This document shows, one piece after another, positions 47,942 to 60,371 of a stretch of 64,000 bases of DNA. The position numbers and the translations under genes are program-made. Within the stretch, counting starts at the first letter, position 1. Every line of letters starts with the position of its first letter. The stretch comes from Camelus ferus (taxonomy: Eukaryota): the NCBI RefSeq assembly GCF_009834535.1, contig NC_045696.1:118794001-118858000 (forward strand). Reading direction: 5' to 3'. The notes under the pieces were generated by a model. The model did not search any database. It had not been told where the DNA came from and was given only the letters and a program-made list of their open reading frames with translations.

Positions 47942-50298
47942 CAGGCACACCTCGGAGTTACTGCAGGTTCCACTCCACACCACCTCGAAAAAGCGAATAT
48001 CGCAGTACAGTGAGTCACAGGAATTTTCTGGTTTCCAGTGCATATAAAAGTTATCTTTACACTATACTGTAGTCTATTAAGTGTCCAATAGGATTGTGTC
48101 CAAAAAACCAATATACGCAGTTTAATTTAAAAATTCTTTAGTGGTTAAAAAAAAAAAAAAGGTTAACCATCATCTGAGTCTTCCGAGTTGTAATCTTTTT
48201 GCAGGCTGTGGGTGGGGGGGTCTGGCCTCTGTGCTGGTGGCTGCTGCCCGACCAGGGCGGTCGTCACTGAAGTTTGAAGGTATGGCAATTTCTTAGAACA
48301 AGACAACAGTGAAGTATGCCCATCAACTGACTCTTCCTTCCACGAACGATTCCTCTGTAGCATGTAATGCACTTGACAGTGTTTTACCCACAGAAGAACT
48401 TTCAAAATTGGACTCAATCCTCCAAATCCTGCCACTGCTTTCTTCACAAAGTTGATGTCACGTTCTAAATCCTTTGTCATTTCAACAACTATTACAGCAT
48501 CTTCACCAGGAGTTGATCCCATCTCAAGAAACCACTTTCTTTGCTCATCCATAAAAAGCAGCTCCTCATCCACTCGAGTTTTTTCCTGAGATTCAGCAAC
48601 GGAGCCCCACCTTCGGGCTCCACTTCTAATCCCAGTTCTCCTCCTGTCCCCACCACATCAGCGGTCACCTCCATCACTGAGTCTGGAACCCCTCCAAGTC
48701 ATCCATGAGGGCTGGGATCAGCTTCCTCCAAACGCCTGTTCATGCTGATATTTTGACTTCTTCCCACGAATCATGAATGTTCTTCCTGGATCTAGACTGG
48801 GGAATCCTTTCCAGAGGTTTTCACACCTGACTGTGCCCGGATCCATCAGAGGAACCACTACCTATGGTAGCTGTGGCCTCACAAAAGGTATTTCTTAAGT
48901 AATAAGGCTTGAAAGTTGAAACGACCCCTTGATCCACGGGCTGCAGACTGGGTGCCGTGCGAGCAGGCAGGGAAACATGAACCTCGCTGTCCTTCTCCAG
49001 CAGAGCTCTGGGGTGACCACGTGCACCGTCAAGGAGCAGTCATCTTGGAAGGAGTCCTTTCTTCTGAGCAACGGACCTCAACAGGGGGCCTAAAATAGTC
49101 AGTAAGCCACGTTGTAAAAGACGGGCTGTCATCCAGGCCTGTTGTTCAGTCTACAGAGCACAGGCAGAGGAGATTTAGCATCATCTTAAGGGCCCCAGAA
49201 TTTTCGGAATGGTGAAGGAGCACTGGCTTCACATGACAGTCACCAGCTGCAATGGCCCTAACAAGAGAGTCAGCCTGTCCTGTGAAGCTTGGAAGCCACG
49301 CACTGACTTGTCCTCTCCGGCTATGACAGTCCTAGACGGCATGCTCTTCCAGTAGAAGGCTGCTCCCTCTACATCAAAAAACCTTGTTGCTCAGCGCGGC
49401 ACCTCCACAAGGGCTCTGCGCTCGACCTTCCTGAGAACCTGCTGCAGCTCCTGCGTCAGCGCCCGCGGCTTCACTTCGCACTTCCACGTCGCAGAGATGG
49501 CTTCTTTCCTTAAACCTCATGAACCAACCTCTGCCGGCCTCAGACTTTCCTTCTGCAGCTTCTTCACCTCTCAGTCTTCACAGAGGTGAAGAGAGTGAGG
49601 GTCTTGCTCAGGACGAGGCTTTGGCTTAAGGGAACGTGGTGTTTGGTTTGACCTTCTACTCAGACCACTCAGACTTCCTCCACGTCGGCAACACGGCTGT
49701 TTTGCTTTCTTATCACTGGTGTGTTCCCTGGGGCAGGACTTTTAAATTCCTTCAAGAACTCTTCCTTTGCATTCACAACCTGGCCGGCTGGCAGAGGAGG
49801 CCTAGCTTTCGGCTTTTCTGGGCTGCTGACTCGCCTTCCTCCCCAAGTGTGATCATTTCTAGCCTTTGATTTAAAAGAGAGACATGTGACTCTCCCTTTC
49901 ACTTGAACACTTTGAGGCCGTTGTAGGGTTACTAACTGGCCTCGTTTCAGTACTGCTGTGTCTCAGGGGACAGAGAGGCCGGGGAGAGGGAGAGAAAGCC
50001 TCAGAACACACACGACATTTATGGATTAAGTTCGCCGTCTAATACAGGCACAGTTCGTGGCGCCCAGAAACAACTGCAGTCGTTACAGCAAAGATCACTG
50101 ACCACAGATCACCGTGGCAAATACAATCATAATGAAGTACTTTGAGACATCGTGCCAACATGTGACACTGGTTCACCAAGTGAGCAAATGCTGCTGGAAA
50201 AATGGCGCCGATACATCTGCTTGACGCGGGGATGCCACCAACCTTCAATGTCTAAAAACCGCAGTGTCTGTGAAGCACAATGAAAGGTGGTCTGTCTG
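47942..50298 (-). mobile_element. Essentially full-length Tigger1 (TcMar) DNA transposon with a dead pogo/CENP-B-like transposase
   Basis: TIR CAGGCACACCTCG at 47942 and a degenerate TIR near 50286-50298. ORF fragments DEELLFMDEQRKWFLEM, EVTADVV..ELGLEVEPE and QVVNAKEEFLKE match Tigger1 transposase. The start codon is mutated ATG to ACG (49921-49919) and there are frameshifts. Confidence 0.93.
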
Positions 50299-52339
50299 CA
50301 CAGCCCCGCTGAGATTACCGGCCAGAATGTGTTTCCCCTACCTGCCCCCGCCGTGTGACTGAGCCCCCCGCCCTCCGCCGCCACTTGGAAACAGGTAAGC
50401 ACCAAGGGCCCTGCCAGCAGGCTGGACGATTCACACACCTGCCGCTAAAGCTCAGCGTAATTAATTGTATCCCCGGAGCACCCTAAAGCTATGGAATTAT
50501 CCTGACACGAGGAAAGCAGGTCCTGCTGAAACTCCCCTGGGGGTTCGGACGTGCCTGAGTCACTGCTCACACCCAAGCAGGTGGAACCCCCTGGATTCAC
50601 CATTAGCAGCAGCACAATCCGCTGGCCAGGCAGCTGCAGTCTCACAGGGGCGGATCCTGTGGCTTCCCTGGTAAAAATATCTGAGTGTCTTCTGCACTAC
50701 AGAATCCATTCATATAAAATTAAAAGTAGCTAAATGAATCCAGAGGTCTGGTAGATGAGTAGGTAATAACAGCCAACATTCAGTGTTAATAAGGAACGGA
50801 GCGTCTATTCTTAGACACGTTTGTATAAAATAGTCTGGACAGAAATCATGAACGCTGGCAATTCATTTATACCTGCACAGAGGCTGTAAATAACACTGCC
50901 CTATTTGGTCGAATACTGAGGCATGGGTAACTTGAGCATTAAAGAAAGAAAAAGAAAAAGAAAGAAAAAAAAAAAAGGAACAGTCTAGTTTAGGCCCCTT
51001 GCAGAGCACACAGCACTATAAAAGGAACTAAAGAGATTCTGGGAGAGAGCATTCTAAGAAAGTAACTGGAGTGGCCAAGATCAGCAATTAAAAAAATAAA
51101 CAACTTCCTGTCACTTGTCTAAGCAGAGCACCCCGACAGTCAAGCATCACTGGAGGAGAGGTGGGAAGAGAGGCAAGGGAAAAAGCAAATGGGGTAAGTA
51201 ATTTTTAGGGTTTGGAAATGAACACCCTCTGATGACTTTTGAAACTGAACTCTGAATCGTGACGAAAGCTCTTTGAGAGGCTGAGACCCGCGGCCTGTCA
51301 GCAGTTACCCAACCAGGGCGACCTGAAATGCATCCATACAAAGCCAAGTGGGGAGAGGCTGACTGGCCACCAGATTTTTTCTGACCTCAGTGACCCAGGC
51401 TGCCTGTCTGTCCAGATTCACTTTGTGATGCATTTACTGTCTGCTGAATAATTATGACATGCCCACAAGGTTGCTGGGCATGCAACCCCCACCCGCCACT
51501 ATTCAAAAAAAAAAAAGTTTCATGTCAAATGCAGATATCATTTTTAAGATAAAGTTCAGAAAATAGTTATTGTGTGTTCGCTTTCTGTGCAGAACTGATA
51601 AATACAGCCCAGCTTCTGCCCGCAAAGAGTCCAGTTTATTTAAACCACAGACCAACAAAATATCTGCATGTACATTTTCCTTATTTTGTTTAAACATGTG
51701 TAACAGATGTGAAAAGCCGGCTTATTCCCCGCACTGGGGGACCAGGCATCAAGCTGGGGATCAAGTGAGTAAAAGCATCTCTCCTCCCCACCATGATACT
51801 GTAATAGCAGCAATAACGGTACTAGAAAACGTAAGGGCTGTCACCCTGGGCAAGGTCAGACCTTCCGTCCCACAGAAGCTGGAGGCTTGGGTCAAGCAGC
51901 CGTAACAGGTGACCAGACAGCTGCCTGGCAATGCTATCTGTCAACTTCTTCTCTCCGCAGAACAGAGAGCCCCTTTCCCCTCAAATATCCCCTACGTCTA
52001 AAGGGGAAAATCCAATCTGGTGTTTCCAGACCATGGATGCTACCTCAACTATACAAAAAAGTTACTAACACCACCAGTGTAACTCGAGGGGCCAGCGGAG
52101 TGCAGCCGCACCCCAGTGGGGTACCACAGCCCGCTCTGGCACCCAGGCCAGCGGTTAACCTCTCTGACCTCTGGTTTCCTTCAGCCTCCGTGGCTGGTGC
52201 AGGATCGAGTCACAGAATCATGTCAAACACTTTTTGTGTGTTTTGCACATAAGAAGTGTTTAATTAACAGTGGCCGTTGTTACTACATTTAACACCAAAA
52301 TAATACAATGGCTGTATTTCTTATTTATGAAAAAAGTAC

Positions 52340-52530
52340 TCCAGATCAATGGTCTGGGGGTGGGGGACAGAGCGGAGGCTACAAACGGCCTCGGGGAATT
52401 TTCTGAGGCAACAGAGCTGCTCTGCATCTTGATTGTGGTGGTGATTACGTGACTGTGTGCATTCGTCATATTTCATAGAACCAGGCACCAACAAGAGTGA
52501 TTTTTACTTTATACAAATTACACCACATCT
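52340..52530 (+). mobile_element. Old L1M 3' end fragment
   Basis: ATCTTGATTGTGGTGGTGATTAC...TCATAGAAC...ATTTTTACTTTATACAAATTA. Confidence 0.75.
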
Positions 52531-55500
52531 TTTAAAGTACCAACCAACACATTTAATTAGTTTTGATTAAAATAAACCATCCAAACTGATAGACCTTAAA
52601 TTTTTTACTGATTTCAAAAATTAAAAAGGAATCCAAGGCCTAAAATATTACTTCCTATATTTAGATCAAGCTCTTGAATTAAAGGATTGAGCTATTTGTA
52701 AAAGATGAAGGCCATCTGAACAATTAACCAAATTAATTGCTTCAAAATAAAGTGTGGATTATATTACATGATGTGATGAAATGGAATATGGAAAGAGAAA
52801 ATGAAAGTGAGGTTTTCGTTTACTAGATTACTTAAGATGACAAACATAATGGCTCCTTCCCTAAAAATCTAGTAATGGGCCTTTGCAAATAATCTAGAAA
52901 GTGTCACATTAGTTCCCATAAGCTAAGGAAAAGCAGAAAAGTCCGGCGATCAGTTCTGTGATGTATTTACCTTCACCGGGTACTTATACAAGGTCCCACA
53001 AGGCTGCTCACCCCGCATTTCCATCAACACTGTTACCAGAACCAACAAGCTCGTTCAGTATAGATGTGTGCATCTATTTTGGCAGAAAATGTAGTTTTAC
53101 AACAACTTCTCACTCAACACCATATTTACAAACAGATGGAGTTCCAAAGAAATAACTTTAAATAAGGAATATAATTCTGGTCAGCCTACAGTGGATTTCT
53201 GCTTCTGCCCTGCATCTCAGCAACAGTCCCCCTTCCCTGCCCAATGTTGATCCCAATTCGGCTGTTATTTCTCCCTCTGATTCAGAGATCTCCACCTAAG
53301 AGGGAGGTCAGGCCTGCAATGAAGATGGAAGCTAGCAAACAGGCAGAGCCCACACTTCAACAAATGCCCCCCCACAAAACACTGGCCTCTGCCCCCAGCT
53401 CTCACTTCGCTTACTAACCTTCCCCCGCCTCTCCCCTCCCACCCTCTGACTGCATTCATCCCTTTATTCAAAAACCAAGGAAACCAAGGAAAGAGGTCAC
53501 CAGTGCTTTTTCACGTGGGCTTCTGCTCAGCTGTTGATTATTTTTTTTTCAACAAAAGTGAAATGTAGCTCTGCCATTCATGCGACAAAAATGCCTGTGC
53601 ACTATTCGTTGCTGTATGAAATTTGATATCAAAGTAAAAGAGCTCTTCATTCTATTAGGCTATTAGCTCGAGGCTGTCATGTCTTTAGAAAATGCCACAC
53701 TACATTTCTAAAATCTTGATCCTTCAAGGTGCCAACTGAAGAGAAGTACCGAGTAATTACCTGTTTAAATATAGCATACTCCTTTTCTATAACCAAGGCT
53801 TAAACAACTTGCAACACTATTTCCATAGGTTTTAAAGGGTGTTTAAGAAAATGCAAACCGATCACAGAGTCAGGAAAAAGGACTCAAGTCATCTCAGGAG
53901 GTACAAGGCAACAGACAAGATATGAGACTGGTAAATCCAAAACCAGCCATTTTATAAATTCAGAATATAGAGAAAATATGTCCTTCGCTACCGTTTCTTC
54001 ATTAATTCAAGAAGCAGTCCGCTGACCCCCTCCTATGTCCCAGTAATGGGCTACAGCTGCAAACAGGGAACCACCTGCCTTCATTAGAAAGAAGAAAAAT
54101 GACCAAGGTACCTGGGAAAGTTTCAAAATTCCAATGATTTCTGAATAATTCATCCTTTCCCCAAGTGTTTCTAGAATATTCAGTGAAGAAATGATATCTA
54201 CCAACAAGTTCTCAATCCCACAGATCAGAAATGTTGGCGAACCACTCTTCTTCCTAATCTCCCATGAATTAAAATTAAAACAGATGCTATTGTAAATAAA
54301 TAAGTTACACTGTGAATCCCGTTACAGACACTAATTTGAATTTTTTTTTTTGAAAAAGTACAAAAACAGGCCCTCCAAAAAATTGAGGGAGAGGAGCTCA
54401 AATGTGGTACGCTTGTATCTTTGGAATTTTCACCTCAAGTTCCATGAACACCACAATGCAAAACCACCCCCAATACCTGGCAACCAATAAAAACAGATGT
54501 GACAGGTAACTCTGTTAATGGCACTGATTACATCATCCACAGCTGAAAGCAACTTCCATAATAACATAAGCTACAGAGTAACAGAAAACAGAAGTCACTA
54601 AAAGCTGGGCAGGCAGCAAAAAATATACTTGGCTTCCCTTCATTCAACTCTGAACTCCTGCAGCAGACAGTTAATACATTTGATCTTTAAGCCCTTCACT
54701 TGTACCCTTGCCCAGACATAAACTGGGCAAACCGATGACAAAGCGGAAAGCAGTTTCACAACTGCCTGTTACATAGAGTAGCAAGGTGGTATGTTTCACG
54801 AGATAACTGCAGAAGCTCATTGCACCCTCAGACACCTACACGGTACTCAGAAGATTTCTGGAGGTCCAATTACATTTCAAATACCACTAGCACCAAATCT
54901 CTTCACTGTGGCTGGTCCTGCCCTCTCTCCCACCCATAACCCACCACAGGAAGGGTGGGTGCAGCCCAGTCAAGGTGCTTTGCGGCTCACTGTCCTGGTA
55001 ACCTCTCGATTTTCAGAGAGCAACGTTTTCATATTTGCTCCAAACTTGAGCCCAAAGAGCCCTGTCCTGCCTAGGTCTCCACTCTGAGCTCATCAACTAT
55101 TTTTTCACTTCATGTCACGAGAAATATCTTTACACTGTAGACCAAAATGCAATATTAGAATGAAACCACCACCAACCCAGGAGTTCCTAATATTACTTCT
55201 TGAGTTTAAGATGCACAAAACAACTGCAACTTCCTTCTCCTAAATACCACCAGGCAGAAGATATCCTCATCAAGCAAACTGCCCGAAACAGAACTCCACA
55301 GAACTGGAGGCCTGCCTACTGCAGCAAGGAAAAGATAAAACTGCACAGCTGTAATTTCCTAGCGCTTTTGACCCTAAGAAAGCCGAAATCTGCATTTCTG
55401 TTCAGAAACCTGCATCATTTCTCAGATTTTTGCACCCTTGGAGTCTAACCGTTTGCAAGAGGCAACGGCAGACAGATCAGAAGGAATCTATTAAATAATC

Positions 55501-55925
55501 TCTGTTCACTGCCTGAGATTTTAAAGAAAATGTTTTCACATGATCACTAACTGTTTTTAACACACAATAGGAAGCTTACAGGGAGTCTGTAACCAGCCTA
55601 GCCAACCACAGGAGGAAGGGTGCCCTGCCCAAGCAAATACAGGCCATCATTTCAGGCCAGTCCAGGGCGAGGTGACAGCCCCAAGTTCCACCGGGGATGT
55701 CAACACTGCTCCCGGCACTCCGGGGACCACCTCTCCATTCTCCAAATGCCATTTGCACCCAATCCCCGCTCAACCACCCCAAGCACCGGTGCACCCATGG
55801 TGCCCCTTGGCACGGGGCTCCTCGCACGACCTCCTCCGGCCACCACCACACCTTTCGCGGGGAAAGACCCCCACCCCCACCCCCGGACGGCTGGGGTGGG
55901 CGACGAGCGCCCTTCTCCCACCTAC

Positions 55926-56246
55926 CTTGATGATGCTGCTCCGGCGAGGCAGGCCGCCCGGCTTGCTCTCCCGGGGAAGGGGGCAGGCGGCCGGGCCGGT
56001 GGTCGGGGCGAGCGCGGCGCCGCGGGGACCCCTGGCGGGGCTGGCCCGGGCATCGTCCCCGGACACGCCGAGGCTGCAGTCTCCGTTGGAAACCCCGCCG
56101 CTGTCATAGCGCGCCCGCCCGTGGCCGAGGCGCCCGCCGCCGCCCTCCCCGGCTCCGGCTCTCAGGGCGCCCTTGGCCACGAGGGCCGGGCCCGGGGAGG
56201 TGGGCAGGGCCCCGCCGGCGGCGCCCCCCCGGCCGCACTCCGCCAT
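55926..56246 (-). CDS. PLCL2: PLCL2 first coding exon (107 codons, MAECGRGGAAGGALPTSPGP...KPGGLPRRSSIIK), phase-0 donor
   Basis: The translation matches the recalled N-terminus of mammalian PLCL2/PRIP-2. ATG is at 56246-56244 and the exon ends at a canonical donor AAG|GTAGGT (55926|55925). It is 321 nt long and lies in a CpG island. Confidence 0.96.
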
Positions 56247-56370
56247 GGGCGCCCCGCGACCCGCCAGCACAAAGCCGCGTCCCCGCGTCCCCGCGTCCCC
56301 GCCGCCTCGGGCCGCGCGGCCCCTCCTCCTCTCCTCCTCCCGCCGCCGCCGCCTCGGCCGCTTCTTCCGC

Positions 56371-56395
56371 TTTTTTTTTTTTTTTTTTTTTTTTT
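56371..56395 (-). repeat. A25 homopolymer (T25 on +) in the PLCL2 5' leader/promoter
   Basis: 25 consecutive T read directly from the sequence. Confidence 0.95.
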
Positions 56396-56593
56396 CTAAT
56401 TTAGATGTGCTGTTTGTTCCGAGCTCGCCTCGCGCACGGTGAGAGTCGCGGCGGCGGGATTAACGGAAGATTCCTGCAGGGGGAGAAGAGAGACACAGTC
56501 AGCGCTCCGGCGGCCCCGGGCCCGGCACCTGGGGAGGGAGACACTCTGGACACGCGCGCCACGGGCGCCAAAGACACCCGCGCCGACGGGACT

Positions 56594-56758
56594 GGGGCAC
56601 CACCCCGGGGGACCGGGGACCCCACCCCGAGGGAACGGGGACTCCACCCGGGGGAACGGGACCGCACCCGGGGAAAAGGGGCCACCCCAGAGAACGGGAC
56701 CCCCACCCTGGGGTATGGGGCACCCACCCTAGGGTCAGAGCACCCACCGCGGGGACCC
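56594..56758 (+). repeat. Degenerate GC-rich minisatellite, about 8 units of about 20 bp (GGGGACCCCCACCCCGGGGGAAC-like)
   Basis: Repeated GGG(G)..CACC(C)..GGG(G)..AAC units are visible. Confidence 0.75.
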
Positions 56759-59700
56759 CGGCGCCCACCCCAGGCTCGGGACGCCGGGAAGCGGCAGGCG
56801 CCCCCCGAGGGTCCCGCGGCCCCAATTGGGCGGAAGGCGACACGGGAGTCTCCGCGGGCCCCAACTACCCCCCAGAGGCCGTCGCGCGCCCGGCCCCGCC
56901 ACGTCCCCCCGGGTCCTCGCCGAGGCCGGCGGCGCCGGGGGGGGCAGGCGGGCCGGGGCTGCTCCTGAAGGGGGAGCCTGGACGCGCCCACCCCGCCCTC
57001 CGCCTCCTCCCGGGCTCGGCGCTGCCCCCTACAGGCCGCAGGGCCCTCCCCGGCGCCCCCAACCCACCGCGAGCCGCTCGGCTCCCGCTCGAGGTCGCCG
57101 CCGTCGCGGCTGCTCTCTCCCGGCCGGCTCATCCGGCCGCGGGAACCTCGCCGCCGAGCGGACGGCGACTGGCGGCGGCCGCGGGCCCTGGAGACTCCGG
57201 GGCCCCCAGAGCTGCGGCAACTGCCAATTACCCTCCCCGCGCCCCGAGGGGCAACGACCGCGCAGGCCGCGGGGCCGCACGGAGGTCCGGGGCTCTGGGC
57301 TCCGCCGCTGCGCCCCCTCCAACCCCCGCCCGGCGCGGGACTGGTTCCCCTCCCGCCAGCTCCGGGAGAGGCCCTCCGGACGTTCCCCTCTGGGCTTCCC
57401 CAGTGGGTCAGACCCACTTCTCATACAGAAACCAATTCCGCACCTTTGGGCTCCCGAACTGTGAATCTGTGAATTGATTCAGCTGGTTGCAAGGATGCTG
57501 GGGTGGGGGGGAGGTGGGGAGAGGAGAGAAGCAGAGGACCTGGGCAGAGCCTGTTCTGTGACCTTTGAGTCGTCCTCCAGGGATTTATCTTCACCATCGT
57601 CGTCCCTCCCTCCCAGTGTCCTTCCTGATCCCGCCGCCAGAAATGCCAGCTGGTCCAACCCTCTGCGGACCCAGCCCTGGGTCAGGCTCATCTTGGGGAA
57701 AGGATCCACCTTGGGTCACAACAGCCGGTGCCTCCTCTGTCTGGTCCTCCCTCCTTCCCCTCCCCCAGTGCTTCAGGTAGAGTGACCAGCCTAAAAATCA
57801 ACCCTGCGCTCATTGCTTCCCGCGCGAACACCTCCCTTGAATCTCCATCCTTGGAGCCATACAGGGCCCAAACTCCGCAGCGTGGTACCCACGGCCGCAC
57901 CCAGCCTGGCCCCACCCACCTCTCCATCCCAGGCTGCCCGGCTCCAGCCTCCGGCCCTTCTCCAGCTAGTGTATTTCCTTTTCCGGGAATGCGCTTCCCG
58001 CAGGGGCGCGAAACTGATAGTCCGCTGGGGGTGAACTTAAAGACATTGTTTTCATTAGCATGATGTCGTCGCAAACTGCCAAGTAGCCTATGAGGAAACG
58101 AGCTTTACATACATATACATATCCGCCCTGGCCTCTGAGGCAACTTCAGATACCTTCATGTTATTCTTGGGGGCGTTTTAATTCTTCTGATCTTCTGGAT
58201 TCCTGTTTTTGTAACCCATCAGACAAGCTTTAATCCAGCTCTTGCCAACCTGGGCCTTCAGGCTAACAAATTTTCACATCGATGGACAACAATGTTTTAA
58301 TATTTTATTCAGTTCCATCCTTTTTCTTTTATTTTCCCCCTCTAGTTTGGTTCAACTTTTTTCTCTCTTGAGATAGTTTTGCAGGAAAATATATTCATAT
58401 AATTCAAATCAGGTTCTTAACCTGCCTTACCGAATTTACAGTCATAGTAGCCGGTGAGTACACTGTGGTGAGGAAAGGGAGAACGCTGGGCCTTTATTCT
58501 TAAAGTCCTCTAATTCTGATATTTTGAATAAATGCCTGGAGATATTTCTGCCTTTTCCTGCATTTACCATCACTAGTAAAATGCTATGAGAGTCATATAC
58601 CCTTGTAGCCTGAGTTTCCTAGGGTGAGTGGGGACACACAGATTTAAACCTCCAGGATGCTTCTTATAAAACCACCATCTAATTTGCCTAATGCTCTCCA
58701 AAATGAGCAACTATCCATCTCACTCTGGCCTCCCAATGGGTCAAACCGGGGAGACTTCATTGAAATAGACTTGGCATTTAAATTAAAATGTTTCCCAAAG
58801 CATCTTGGCAGACCGGTAGCTAATGATGCCAGAAGCCCAAGGCCTGTGCCAGGTTCCTTTCTATCCCCCTAAGTGCTCGTCTCCCACAAGCCGCTGGTCA
58901 CATGACTGCAGATGTTACATCTGTACTTCTTCATCTCACAGCCAGGTTGTGGGTACCATTCCTCCTCCATCGTGACGGGATGTTGCTCTGACAGGTGCGT
59001 TGCTCAGCCCCCAGCGGGCTTTTTTGTAGCTCAACTCGGACTTTTTTCATCACAAACAGCAGAGTAAGCAACTGTTTCTCCTCCTTCCTGCCGGTTTTCC
59101 TGCGGTTACTAAGAGACTGCTTTCCATTTCTCCTATTCCACGAGCAATGTTATTGAAGAAATTGTAAATATTTTGCCAGGATTCTTGCTGAAGTGTTTTC
59201 GTGGCATCATAAAATTCATAGAAGTTAGAGTTAGAAAAAAAGCCAAAATATCATAGGCGTTCCTCAGCAAATACTGTCTAATGGTTCCTTCAGAGGAATT
59301 TTCAGAGCAGGATAATAAGAGATAGGCAAGATGTTAATAAAATGCTCTTTCTGGAAGACTCCATGGTGCTTATGCCAATTTATTATATCTATATACCAAT
59401 GGTAAGGTGCTGATAAATCACTTGTTCATAATGTTTAAAGTAAATAAATGCCTTTAAAATCTCATTATTTTTGTCATGCCATCAACTGCAGAGCTTTCTC
59501 TCTTTTAAGTTTTCTTCTTATTGCAATCTGCCTCAGCTTTTAATCATTGTTGTCACCCTTGACCACACTATCTGCTGTTTGTTTGTATCTTAAATCTGTT
59601 GCCTAGAACATGAGATGTTCAGGCTCCCTGGTCCATGATAGCCTCCCTTCAGCCTCCCAAAGTAACACTGACACTGTTGACCGACCTCCCTCCCTGACTG

Positions 59701-60199
59701 ATAGCCTCGCAGATTGTGAACTCATATCTGGTTTCCAGTTCACAGCCTCTAACATTACGACTCCCGAAATGGTTCTGACTCACTGAGCACTCGGCCTTCA
59801 GATTATTTTTACCCTCAATGTGTGATGACAATTTTCATTTCCCAAACCTCACTCTCATTTTATTTCGGGATTTCTCTCAAGATACAGTTCAAGACCCTGA
59901 GGCTTCATATTCGACAGCTCTCCCTCCCCTGCCATCTCTGCTTAATGCGATCGCTAACTCGAACCGGAGGTAGAAGACCAAAACGCTGTAAGAAAATACC
60001 AGATTGTATCAATGTACTGGTCCACACGGGCCACCCATTTGCTTCCTGAGTTCCTCCAAGATGTTGATTTCAACCTATCACACTCCTAAGGGCTGGATTA
60101 TGTGTATTTTATCATGATCTTCTACAAGAAATAGCCATTCCATTTCTTTCTGGGTAACAGTGAGGCAAGTTAGACCTGCCAAGAGCTTTCATTTTCTTT

Positions 60200-60371
60200 C
60201 TTTTTTTTTTTTCTTTTGTTTTGTTTTGTTTTGTTTTAAATTGAAGTATAATGTGTGAATTTCTGGTGTGCAGCATAATGTTTCAGTTATACATATACAT
60301 ACGTATATTCCTTTTCATATTCTTTTTCATTATAGGTTACTACAAGATGTTGAATATAGTTCCCTGTGCTA
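60200..60371 (-). mobile_element. L1 extreme 3' end with TSD
   Basis: Reverse L1 3' UTR flanked by TCATTTTCTT on both sides. Confidence 0.88.

Larger units (their letters stand above)
1..55925 (-). other. PLCL2: PLCL2 intron following the first coding exon (partial; next coding exon lies beyond position 1)
   Basis: Starts with GT at 55925-55924. No DGTKQKRERKKTVSF/PH-domain coding sequence is seen in the window, and the region is repeat-rich. Confidence 0.9.
55690..57400. promoter_or_regulatory. PLCL2: CpG island / PLCL2 promoter and 5' leader
   Basis: Very high GC and CpG density, with GC boxes (CCCCGCC) and CACCC boxes, surrounding the start codon. Confidence 0.92.

Noticed and set aside
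48163..49921. Possible domesticated TIGD1-like transposase gene
   Set aside because: The start codon is lost, there are multiple frameshifts and stops, and it is flanked by TIRs, so it is a decayed Tigger1 copy.
55770..55925. ORF continuation VGGRRALVAH... after SSIIK
   Set aside because: This is read-through into the intron past the AAG|GTAGGT donor.
55620..57464. Long ORFs of 187-338 aa on both strands in the CpG island
   Set aside because: These are low-complexity Gly/Ala/Pro/Arg frames expected from stop-poor GC-rich DNA. Only the PLCL2 frame has a recognisable protein and a splice donor.
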